Of a stretch of DNA of 64,000 nucleotides, positions 9,906-20,626 are shown in pieces. The notes under the pieces are model-generated. The model worked only from the letters and a program-made list of their open reading frames with translations. It was not told the DNA's origin and ran no database searches. The stretch spans positions 558,001 through 622,000 of the forward strand of contig CP120456.1 in NCBI GenBank assembly GCA_034226945.1, written 5' to 3'. The stretch comes from Picochlorum sp. SENEW3. Its lineage: Eukaryota. Made by a program: the position numbers and the translations under genes. The number at the start of each line of letters is the position of its first letter. The first letter of the stretch is position 1.

Positions 9906-11285
9906 ATGGGCGTTGAAACTTTCGATACAGAAGGCAAGAGGGACGTCAACGATGAGACTGATAAGATTATTCAGGCAGCAATGGAAGAGGAGCGGCGTGA
10001 GAAACGGAAGAAGGCTCTCGAGTACCAACAACAGGGAGGTGTAGGGAAAGCAGCTTTGCTGACAGATAGCGATGATGAAGACAACGACGATACATTGCGT
10101 GGGAGAAGGAGAAAGGCTGCTCGAGTTGAGGATGATTCTGATGATTCTGAAGGAGAGGAAGGCAGGCCTCGTCTCGATGAGGAGACAACACATGAACAGG
10201 ACACTGGTACTCAAATTCAAGAGGGACTCGTTGCGATTGCACAGAAGAAGAGAGCTGCTCAGCGGAGAGGCAATGGGTCAAACGTAGAGGACACGGGTCT
10301 TGTTGGGAATATCGAGCAAGCTGAGGAGCAGTATGATGCTAATCAGATGAGAAAAGAAGACATGGAGAAGGAACATGGGATTGAGCTAGAAGCCTTTAAT
10401 CTGGTAGAGGAGAGGAAGCGAGGGTATTTTGATAAAGATGGAAATTATATGGAGGAGGAGGAAGAGAAGGAAGACGATGAGGAAGCTGATGCATGGCTAG
10501 ATGCAGAGGAAGAGAAGCAGGTGGTAGATGAGGCCACAAGAAGAAGGATTGAGGAGAGGATGATGGAGCAGCAAGATGAGCCTACAAAGATGACAGCGAT
10601 AGATATAGCTAGAGTTCAGTACAAGGTAGCAAAGATTTTGAGGCCAGAAGAAACTGTGGCATCAGCACTAAAGAGATTAGGTGGGGGACCACGGCGAGGT
10701 CATGGACGCAAAGCTGTCACCACAATGGACGATGAGAACAGGGCATTATTTGATAGTTTGACAGAATGCGCAACCATTTTAATGGATGCAGGAGAGATTG
10801 ATGTATATAGCAAAGATAAGCGGTACTTTCAGAGTGCAGCCTCTGTGTATATTGATGTTGATGAACCTGGAGGCATCATAACACAATCCAACGCAGCCTA
10901 TGCGGATGCTGACGAGGATATGTTTGCTGATAATAGCGAGGAAGAAGATAAAGAAGATGATAAGACTCAACTAGAATCGAGCGCAAAGTTCATTGAGTGG
11001 CCTGTGAAGGAATTGAAACGCTTCTGCTCAGAGCATGGGAAATCCTGTGATGGAATCACAGAGAAGAGTGACCTTGTCGCCCTTGCAGTCGAGATCTCTG
11101 AAGAAATTAATGCTCAAAAGGGGAGGGATCCGCCAGCGGGGTATGTCTACGATCCTACATCAGGATACTATTATTCCTGGGAGTCAAAACTGTATTTTGA
11201 TCCTGCATCGGCCGGCTATTTTAATCCAATCAGTAGAGAATGGTATACATGGAATGGGACCACGTGGATCCCATGGAAACACTAA
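9906..11285 (+). CDS. CD2BP2/LIN1 (U5-52K)-like splicing factor with a C-terminal OCRE-like domain
   Basis: LEAFNLVEERKRGYFDKDGNY, DAWLD and LRPEETVASALKRLG motifs; C-terminal GYVYDPTSGYYY aromatic repeats. Confidence 0.8.
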   Translation: MGVETFDTEGKRDVNDETDKIIQAAMEEERREKRKKALEYQQQGGVGKAALLTDSDDEDNDDTLRGRRRKAARVEDDSDDSEGEEGRPRLDEETTHEQDTGTQIQEGLVAIAQKKRAAQRRGNGSNVEDTGLVGNIEQAEEQYDANQMRKEDMEKEHGIELEAFNLVEERKRGYFDKDGNYMEEEEEKEDDEEADAWLDAEEEKQVVDEATRRRIEERMMEQQDEPTKMTAIDIARVQYKVAKILRPEETVASALKRLGGGPRRGHGRKAVTTMDDENRALFDSLTECATILMDAGEIDVYSKDKRYFQSAASVYIDVDEPGGIITQSNAAYADADEDMFADNSEEEDKEDDKTQLESSAKFIEWPVKELKRFCSEHGKSCDGITEKSDLVALAVEISEEINAQKGRDPPAGYVYDPTSGYYYSWESKLYFDPASAGYFNPISREWYTWNGTTWIPWKH

Positions 11286-11328
11286 TTAATTATTTATTGA
11301 AATTACCTGTAAGAGTACAATTTCATCG

Positions 11329-13202
11329 ATGAGTCTGTCCCCTGAGCGGTCGGAGGAGGAGGTGGGGGAACTGACGAGCGAACTCAGCAGTCAACAGAAT
11401 CGCTCAGATGATGCCGCTGTTCAGTCATTCAACATTGTTGTCGATCCATTTGATCAGGACGATATGGAAAAGAGCCATACAGAAATGAGTGTTCGCATGT
11501 CGCCTCGTCCAAGTTCGGTGGTTGCGAGGGAAGGGACTTGGCCATTTTTGTCACCTCGTGCTTCTATAAACACCGTGATTGATCCCGAGGAGGCGTATGT
11601 GAACTTGAAGGATGCGAATATGATTGTTCAGATGGAGAATGCTGAACTCATTAAACAGGAAGATGCGAAACATGGATCGAAGAAGACACTTGGCTCATTA
11701 AAACAAAAGGGAGGTCCAGAATTTCCTCCATGGGTAATCAATCCATACTTTGCAAAGCTGAAACAGCCGAATGCCTTTTGGGTGGACTCTCTCATTCTGA
11801 TACTGATGGGTGGGTTGATTGGGCTCGTCAATCTTGGGTATAAGTATGCCATAACGTCTGCTCCACAGGCATACCTCACAATCGGAGATGACAATGACTA
11901 TCCAAATTCAAAAGCAACTGTTGGCTTTGCCACGGGAAGGCTTTGGTGGATCGGGCTAGGAGCGGGTACTGGTTTTGTCAATGCCGTTGCCAAGATTATT
12001 TTGAAATTAGGAAACCACGTAGGCTTTATGGGAGCCATTCAGATGCAAAAGTCTGATCCAGTGGAGTCGCTCAAGGTGGTTATTTGCACCATCATCTCCC
12101 TGGTTGGCGGGAGTTCTATCGGCCCAGAAGCTGGATTGGCGGCAATTGGCGGAGGCATTGCCTCTTTTCTGTATACTAGAGTTTTAAATTTTACGTATGA
12201 CGAGGATCGGCGGTACAAATACTATGTTCTTGCCGGGATGAGTGCAGGGTTCACTGGGTTCCTACCGTCTCCAATCTTGGCAGTGATGATGACGTGGGAA
12301 TTAGGCATACCACCCGCATTCTGGGGCATAAATCAATTGCATGCTCTTACACTATTTGCCATGGCTGCTGTGCCAGCAGCAGCAGTTTTCTTTGCAATAG
12401 AAGAGACCACGCTGTATGACCCATTGAACATTCAAGTTCCCAATGCAGATGACTACACCCCTACAAAATATGCCTTTGCAATTGGCATTCTTTTCGGTAT
12501 TATGGGAGCCCTTCTAGCGATTGTATACTATTTGATTTGCAACTTTGTGCGGCTTGCGTTTGTATACCCTAAAAGGTATGCCAGCAAGTACTTTGGTCCA
12601 AAGATTGGATCCATTGTCATCAACACACTTGGAGGTGTCCTCTATGGAACCTTGGGCTACGTGATGCCTCTCACCATGGGAGATGGAGCTTTTCAAATTC
12701 AGGGCATTATTTCTAGCTCAGGTGTGTTTTCATTTGAACGTGTACCATTCTTCTCTGAGCTGTTGAATGAACCTCCCATGCAGAACAAATTGGATCCAGT
12801 ATTCTCGCCGCCTCCTGCTTTACAAACATTTTAACCTTCTGGATTTGCATGGAGACTGGATTTGTCGGCGGCATCTTCACCCCAATGCTTGCCACGGGCA
12901 ACTTGCTTGGAGCAGTCTTTGCCAACATCACTGGTGTCCTGCCAAGCGTAGCAGTAGGATGTTCATTCATCTCTCTTGCCGCAGCAGTGATACCCGCGCC
13001 GCTCTTTCTAGTGTTTTTTAGCTCTTCTCTGTTCCAATTGGGAGCCAGAGGCATCATACCCATAACAACGTGTGCATTCACGAGTCAATTACTGATTGGG
13101 GGAATCGGTTTGTTGCCTCTCTTGAGCAACAATTGGGCATCTGTGCTCACGTCCAAAAATAAAGCACGATTTCGATGGGCCAAAAAGCCTGGGTCAGCAT
13201 AA
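11329..13202 (+). CDS. CLC-family anion channel/transporter of prokaryote-like type; intron 12722-12783
   Basis: GGSSIGPEAG, GMSAGFTG and GFVGGIFTP motifs. The splice joins the two ORFs in frame. No CBS domains. Confidence 0.85.
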
Positions 13203-13381
13203 AAAATTAAATATACAGTTGAGGGTACTTTCTGGGTAAAATATGTAAACTATGAACAACGCTTTTTCACAACAGAAACGTCTTCTTTTTCTCACATTAC
13301 TCTCTCTGTGGGTAATAATAGCCAACCATGCCGGATCCAACACATAAATTGGTGATATATAGATAATTTATCCCATTCGGA

Positions 13382-15562
13382 ATGCCGTGGCAGAGTATAT
13401 GGGGTCAGATACGACTCATCGAATCCCAACTGTCAAACCCTTGGTTTGTCGGTCTACTGGCTGTATGCTTGATATATTACCTGGTTGGAATTTTAAATAG
13501 AACTCGGCATGTTTTGCAAGGGAGTAAAGTGGCGAAAGTGGCAGCGGCGACCTTGGACGCTCTCAGGTCAGTGGAGAGTTCAGAGTATCCCCCAAGGAGA
13601 CATGTATGGGGTACAGTAGCGAGGAAGAATGGGGCGAAGGCTCCTATTTTATGTGTCGAGTGTACTGATAACATTAGACCATACATTGTCGCGTCAACTG
13701 TTCGTAGATGTGTTTGTTGTGGAGTAGCAGCACATGATGGATGTCTCAAGCACGTAAAAGATACTTGTAGGCCAATTGCGACACCTGTGCACCCTCAGCC
13801 ACATTTTTGGGTGGTATTTGGAACCACTTTTGATTATGAAGAGGAAAATAGATCGCCAAGTCAAGAAAAGCGATGCATTTATTGTCATCATGCCATACCT
13901 GGTGGGGTCCTGACGGTGGAGCCAACCTGGGTTTGTGCACAATGCCATTCGTATGCACATGTATCTTGTTTCGTTGCTCGGCACCCAGGATTACATTCCG
14001 TAGCTAAAGCTCATAGAAAGGCCCTTAGGAGTCAGGAGCAGGGTTTATTTGGTAATTTGTACGGAACAATGCGACATAATTCTCAACATCATTCTCGCAG
14101 CAACAGTTGGGATGATGTGCCAATGATGGGGAATTCATGTGGTCCTGATGAATGCCAGATGGGTGCTATTCGGTATGTGATTTTCTTATTTTGGGTGGTG
14201 AACCAAATGAAGTGCTAATTCAATCTTGAATGCAGGAGCTTTGCTTTGCCAACATCCACTGTGCGATATGGAATGCAGAAGCAATGGATGGATGCTCAAG
14301 AATCAAAAGTCGTGAACTACAATGGATCAAAGGGGAAATCTACAAAGCGCAATAAAGGCTCGAGGCGTAAGAGGGCGTGGTGGCGAAGAGTGTTTGCCTC
14401 ACAGTCTCTTGACTGGTCACAATGGGACATTTTGGGTGCAGCCTTGCCCCGCCAGTGTCACCCCATCCTTGTGTTTATCAATACAAAGAGTGGTCCTCAG
14501 GTGGGCCATATCTTGCGTAATAGGTTTTCCAGAATCTTAAATCCATTGCAAGTTGTTACGTTGCCGAGGCATGATCCAAAGGCCCCGTTGAGAACATTTG
14601 CTCATGTTCCACACTTGAGAATAGCTATTGTTGGGGGAGATGGCACTATCGGATGGATCATATCATGCGTCGAAGAACTCAGAATGGAATTTCAAGCGCT
14701 TGGGAAAGCTTGGATTCCTCCTCCGATTGCAGTGATGCCTGTTGGCACTGGGAATGACCTTGCTCGATGCCTTGGCTGGGGCTCTGGGTATTCAGCATGG
14801 AAGTCAAAGGGCGTTTGTAACGCATTGAATGAAATAAACCATGCAGTTCCTGTCACAATAGATAGATGGAAGATTTGCTTCACGCATCAGATGAGGAGAA
14901 AGGATTCCATTGTGGACAAGGCACTCCACATGATTTCTCCAAGGCATCAGCAGCACACGGCACACTTTGAGGAGGAGCAGGAGGACGAGGAAGATATGTA
15001 CATGAATAATTATCTTGGTGTCGGTGTTGATGCCAAAGTAGCATTAGAATTTCATGGAATTCGAGAATCTCACCCACAGTGGTTCCAGTCACAGATTGGC
15101 AACAAGATTGTGTACACTGGCATGGGAGCATTGGATGTAGTTGGCGCCATTGGAGACCAGCTCGATTTATCATCAAAAGTCAGCCTTGTATGTGATGGTG
15201 AACATATTGAACTACCCAAAGGGTCACAAGGAGTACTTATTGTGAACATAGCTTCATACATGGGAGGGATAAACATTTGGGAACAGAGCGATGGCAAAAT
15301 TGAAAAGAAGGAGCAATCAATGAATGATGGCAAGTTGGAAGTTCTCGCAGTATATGGCAGTTTCCACTTGGGTAAACTCACTGTTGGGTTATCTAGAGCA
15401 ACAAGAATCGCGCAAGCATCCAGGATTGAAATCAAAACGATGGAGAAAATTCCTATGCAAATAGATGGAGAACCATTCAGACAGGATCCATGTGATATTG
15501 ACATTACATGGTCCTCACACACAAAAATGCTGGCGCCCAAACATGAAAGTATTGCTAATTGA
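13382..15562 (+). CDS. Diacylglycerol kinase with an N-terminal TM segment and C1 domains; intron 14173-14235
   Basis: C1 Cys/His patterns; VFINTKSG, GGDGT, PVGTGNDLAR, NNYLGVGVDA and PMQIDGEP motifs. Confidence 0.92.
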
Positions 15563-15627
15563 CATATCATAATGATTTCAGTATTCGGTTAAATAAATAC
15601 ACGTATATTATAATGGCGAAAACAATC

Positions 15628-16737
15628 CTACTGTATCCTCTTGCTCAAATTGGTGACTCCAGCTCCAATACATGACAAGAAAATTGTCCCTGACGTATTT
15701 TCTGGCCTAATATTAAACTGGACTCCTAAAAACTCTTTGATATGCCGAAGGGTTTTAACCGTATATGGAGTCAATGGTCCCAATCTGACTTCATTAATCT
15801 CCTCTGGACCAAATGCACACATGAGCAAGATGAGTGCCTGATGCGATGTATCCACCACACCTCCCTTTGACACTTCCTCTAGCAACATATATGAGGCTCT
15901 CTTTCCTACGTCTTCCGGAATAAATTGATCATCACGTTGCATATCCCCCGCCATGGCAACTTCTGCTCCCAACATGCGCCCCGAATTAGTCTCTGCAACA
16001 AGCAACACACCATACCCAGGAGACTCCCCAGCCTCTCTCCCACTCATATGATCCGTAAATATATACACATCTGGCAAGAGATTATTCAAAACCCCTCGAG
16101 CCCCATCTACTACTCTATTCGTTGTCTGCGGAGATACCTTTGTCGCAAACGCAATGCCTCTCACCCGCTTCACCAGCCCTTCCTCAACCAACGACACAGG
16201 AGGCAGCTTACGCTTCATCATCGGCACCTTGAACAAAATTTCACCTCCTCCATTCGGAACAGATCCTCTCTTGATAATTTTCAGCTCAAAATTCCCCTCA
16301 ACACCTTCCTGTCCCACAAGTTGACGCATCAAAGGACACGTTACAGTCCTCCACGTATCCACACTGACGTCCGTCGAGTCATTTGTGATCCCATACAGCC
16401 GTATCGACAATGGATACTTCCCAAATATAGATATAAGACATAAGGGTTCTAAAAAATACCCAATGCCTCGCGATAGCCCACAGTCATGCTCCAAATCAAA
16501 TCCTCCATGCACAAACCCAGGTCTGTATCGAAGCCGAGTACCTGTTTCATTGATTTCTACCTTGCATCCATTTGTCACTTTCTCAAATAGTCTCAATAGA
16601 GAAGCCTCGTAGTCTCGAAGCCCTGGATTCTCATCGTCTGCCCGAATATTATCAATCTGCATGGCTTTGCCAGAGATGGTCGACAACACCAGTCTCTGTC
16701 GGAAGTGCTGACTTCCATCCAGTTTTAGCATGACCAT
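15628..16737 (-). CDS. RCL1: RNA 3'-terminal phosphate cyclase-like protein (18S processing)
   Basis: GSQHFRQRLVLSTISG, PGLRDYEASLLRL, SPGYG and PEDVG motifs. Confidence 0.95.
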   Translation of the reverse strand: MVMLKLDGSQHFRQRLVLSTISGKAMQIDNIRADDENPGLRDYEASLLRLFEKVTNGCKVEINETGTRLRYRPGFVHGGFDLEHDCGLSRGIGYFLEPLCLISIFGKYPLSIRLYGITNDSTDVSVDTWRTVTCPLMRQLVGQEGVEGNFELKIIKRGSVPNGGGEILFKVPMMKRKLPPVSLVEEGLVKRVRGIAFATKVSPQTTNRVVDGARGVLNNLLPDVYIFTDHMSGREAGESPGYGVLLVAETNSGRMLGAEVAMAGDMQRDDQFIPEDVGKRASYMLLEEVSKGGVVDTSHQALILLMCAFGPEEINEVRLGPLTPYTVKTLRHIKEFLGVQFNIRPENTSGTIFLSCIGAGVTNLSKRIQ

Positions 16738-17508
16738 TTTTTCAATATAGTTTTGGATCAGAAGAATGGAACTCAAAGAGGAGAGGTGGGTCATCGTATG
16801 AGCATATCTCTAGAGATCTGTAGAGATCGCGCTACCGACTCGCGAGACGTCGGTCTCGATCACCAATGGCCGCGATTCCTCTTTAGGGAAACACAATGAG
16901 ATACTCGAAAGAGTAAAGAAATATCATTCAGCTCATCATGAGCGTTGCTCCATCGTCTCTGTTGGAATATACTAGTGATGCGTTGCAATGTTGGGCGAGT
17001 TGTACGCAGAATCACGTCATGATCGGTCCCAGGTATACTTTGATGGGTACACTTGTATCCATTGCAGAACAGTCATCCAACCGACAATCCGAGAATTTGA
17101 AATTGGTGGCACATGCAATGCCCTCTCTCATACATAATTTACAAAAAATTACCTTTTCAAAACATTCAAAAACGTTTTGACGTCCGTGATTCGTTGCACA
17201 TTGGTGACAGCGATACAAACACAGCATATAGACCACCCACGTCAAATCTCATTCGATTCGACTTGAACGCAAGTTTCACGCCACGCTCATATTTATGCAT
17301 CCAAGCCTACAAGTATGTTTCTTTTGTTTTTTTTGAATATTTTGTGCACATGGATGGGTGTTTTGCGATGAATGACGCATGCCTTCTATGCTGCTCCATA
17401 ACGGTTTTCCTTGCTATTGCTTTGGGGACACGGTGTTGTGTCATGCATTCTTTGTTTTCCCCGCGTTCGAGTCTTCATGTGATTTTGACACTCTTTTTAT
17501 GTTCAGGT

Positions 17509-18876
17509 ATGCAGCAAACGATGGTTTTATCCCGCAAGGGAAGAAGGATGGCGGCCAAGGCAGAGGCCAAGGCGAGGAAGGCTGCTGCCCAGGAGGCTGC
17601 AGAGGAGGCTGCCGTGCAGGCCGCTGTTGAGGCTGCTCATGAAGCTGCTCTGCTGAGGAGCAAGGAAAGGAATAATGACCGTACCCCAACGTGCCTTGAT
17701 ACAATCAGCGCAGTATTTCCGAGCATCAAGACTGAACCAAAGACTGCTGAGATGCCAGGACAGAGCCCTGAAGACACAGAGGCGGATTGTGTCCAAAAGC
17801 CAGTGGTTGCCAAGAGCATGTCCCGAAATGCAATCAGAAATCGCAGAAAGCGTGCTTCGAGACGCGCAAAGAAAGCAATGCAGAAAGCCGCTGCAAAAGA
17901 AGATGGTGTAGATACACCACGCATTGCTGCAAGTACAAGCTCCAAACCTCTTGTCGCACCCAAGGATGAGCACGTGAAAGACACTGTCAAGCAAAAGGAA
18001 AACACGTCTATAACATCTCACGATAGACAGGTGACAGATGACAATAATGAGCATGTTGATCAGCCAAAATGGCTCAGAAGCACAGCCTACCTCTTTGGAG
18101 TAGAATCTTGGCAGAACAAGACGCACGAGTTCTATCTTGGAGATCAGTTGGATGCTCACGAGAAGATCCATTGCGTTCTGAATTCCATTAGAAACGAGTA
18201 TCTCTCACACGATGGCTGCCAGAGGCAGGTAGATTTGAAAAACTGGCGCGACTGGCAAAAGCTTTCTGGACCATGCAAAGGACTCTTGGAAACCCCTCAG
18301 AATGATTCTGCAACATACATTCACGAGCTTCCATGCAGCCCCATGGATACGGGAGTAGTCACACTGTATCAAACCAAGGACACACAAAAGAATTATCACA
18401 CGTTTACCAGCGAAGGTGTCCCACTCCATGCCGCGCAAATCTTTGAATGCTATGAAAAAGGATGCAATCAACAATGCCACACTACGCAAGACTTTGAAGC
18501 ATTGATGATCCATCACAAGATGGCAATCGCACAGTCCTCCAGTATTGTGTTTGATTCTTATGGAAACCCATACGCACAGAGTCTATCAAACTTGGAATGC
18601 GGTGGAGTCGTCTACAGAGGTGCCCCTCGCTGTGTTCGACTTCACATTATGGTTGTTGCAGGACACAATGAAAAGGGAGAACCCATCTACGTCGAACAGT
18701 ACACCAAGACAATGCTCGCATACAAATCATTCTATAGGGTCATGTCAACAAAGGATAGGGACATGTACCATTATGGAGGTGAGCACCTCTTTTATCCATC
18801 AGGGTATCCCTCAATGCATCTCTGTGAGAATCTTGAGCCAGAATTCGAGGCCAATGACAAATTCATCTTTGTCTAA
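17509..18876 (+). CDS. Hypothetical protein: basic Ala/Lys-rich N-terminus and an unrecognised globular C-terminal domain
   Basis: Long ORF with an ATG immediately after a probable 5' intron (17313-17506). No family recognised. Confidence 0.6.
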   Translation: MQQTMVLSRKGRRMAAKAEAKARKAAAQEAAEEAAVQAAVEAAHEAALLRSKERNNDRTPTCLDTISAVFPSIKTEPKTAEMPGQSPEDTEADCVQKPVVAKSMSRNAIRNRRKRASRRAKKAMQKAAAKEDGVDTPRIAASTSSKPLVAPKDEHVKDTVKQKENTSITSHDRQVTDDNNEHVDQPKWLRSTAYLFGVESWQNKTHEFYLGDQLDAHEKIHCVLNSIRNEYLSHDGCQRQVDLKNWRDWQKLSGPCKGLLETPQNDSATYIHELPCSPMDTGVVTLYQTKDTQKNYHTFTSEGVPLHAAQIFECYEKGCNQQCHTTQDFEALMIHHKMAIAQSSSIVFDSYGNPYAQSLSNLECGGVVYRGAPRCVRLHIMVVAGHNEKGEPIYVEQYTKTMLAYKSFYRVMSTKDRDMYHYGGEHLFYPSGYPSMHLCENLEPEFEANDKFIFV

Positions 18877-18981
18877 TGCCACAAACCCCCATTCAGCGGT
18901 ACTGCACATATATATGTATTGATTTATTCGTGTAATTACTGGGGTACAGAACCTGGACGAGGCGAATACTTGTTGATCAAT

Positions 18982-20560
18982 ATGACTACAGGTGAAGGAA
19001 ACTCTGCCCTTCTCAAGGAGGTTTTCCCTGAGGGAGTAATGTCCCTGAAGGAGGCTGATCCTGAATTATATGCTATTATTAAGGATGAAAAGCACAGGCA
19101 ACGGTACGGAATGGGAAGTTGTCACTGTGTGGTCATTGCGGCTTACTGATTTAACGCGATTTAAACTCTTGCAGGCATGGAATTGAGCTTATTGCGTCTG
19201 AAAATTTCACAAGTTTGCCTGTGATGGAGTCTCTTGGCTCCTGTTTGACAAACAAGTACAGTGAAGGGCAGCCAGGGGCAAGATATTATGGAGGAAACGA
19301 GCATATTGACAGGGTTGAGCTCTTGTGTAAGAAGAGGGCACTTGAGGCGTATCGATTGGATCCTGAAAAGTGGGGAGTCAATGTTCAGCCATATTCTGGT
19401 TCTCCAGCGAATTTTGCGGTGTATACAGCTCTGTTGCAGCCACATGATAGAATTATGGGGTTGGACCTACCAAGTGGTGGGCATTTGACACATGGATATT
19501 ACACTGCGGGAGGAAAGAAGATATCGGCGACGTCAATTTTCTTCGAATCTCTCCCATACAAATTAAACCCGGAAACTGGGTATATTGATTATGAGAAACT
19601 GGAGGAGAAGGCCATGGACTTTAGGCCAAAGCTCATCATTTGTGGAGGTTCTGCATATCCAAGAGAGTGGGACTATGCCAGATTGAGAGGCATTGCTGAC
19701 AAGGTTGGGGCATATTTGATGATGGATATGGCTCATATTTCTGGGCTTGTTGCGGCAAATATTGTGGATCAGCCATTTGAGTACTGTGATGTGGTGACGA
19801 CAACAACACACAAATCTCTGAGAGGGCCTCGTGCTGGAATGATCTTCTTCAGAAGGGTACGACACTTTCTTTTCATGTTCTGTATTGAATATGTTCATGA
19901 CCGCCTATGAATTTCTTGCAGGGAGTGAAGCCAGCAGATAGACTTGCACGAGGAGAAGCTGAGGGGTCTATGTACGACTTTGAGGACAAGATCAACTTTG
20001 CCGTGTTCCCATCTCTTCAGGGAGGACCACACAATCATCAAATTGGAGCTCTTGCATGTGCACTGCGTTGGGCAGCAACAGAAGATTTTAAAAAGTACCA
20101 AGAGCAGGTTGTGTCAAACTCTCGTGCTCTTGGAGCTGCGCTTGTGAAGAAGGGATACAAACTTGTGACTGGAGGAACAGACAATCATCTGGTTCTTTGG
20201 GATCTTCGCCCAGAGGGGGTGACTGGCTCCAAGATGGAAAAGGCATGTGATCTCTGTCATATTACTTTGAACAAAAATGCTGTGGTCGGAGATGTCAGCG
20301 CCATGACCCCAGGAGGTGTCCGTATTGGTGCCCCTGCTATGACATCCCGTGGGCTCAAGGAGACAGACTTTGAGCAGATTGCAGAGTTCTTGCACGAGGT
20401 ACTTGAGGAATGCAAGAGGGTTCAGGAAACAAGTGGTAAGCTTTTGAAAGACTTTACTGTCGGTATTGAGAACAGTGCAACAATTGCTGCCATCAAGGCA
20501 CGAGTGGAGGAATGGGCTGGCTCATTCCCAATGCCAGGACATGACCAATCTGGACTGTAA
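18982..20560 (+). CDS. SHMT: Serine hydroxymethyltransferase, cytosolic type; introns 19104-19174 and 19857-19921
   Basis: [37 protein letters not shown] and [11 protein letters not shown] motifs. Confidence 0.97.
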
Positions 20561-20626
20561 TTGAGCGATTTCGTTCATCCTCTCTCCATATGAATGTGCA
20601 TTTATACATATTTAAACTCATATATA

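Noticed and set aside
11329..13202. Fluoride-specific CLC-F assignment
   Set aside because: The CLC-F signatures (GNNLI-like, GREGT, GEVTP) are absent.
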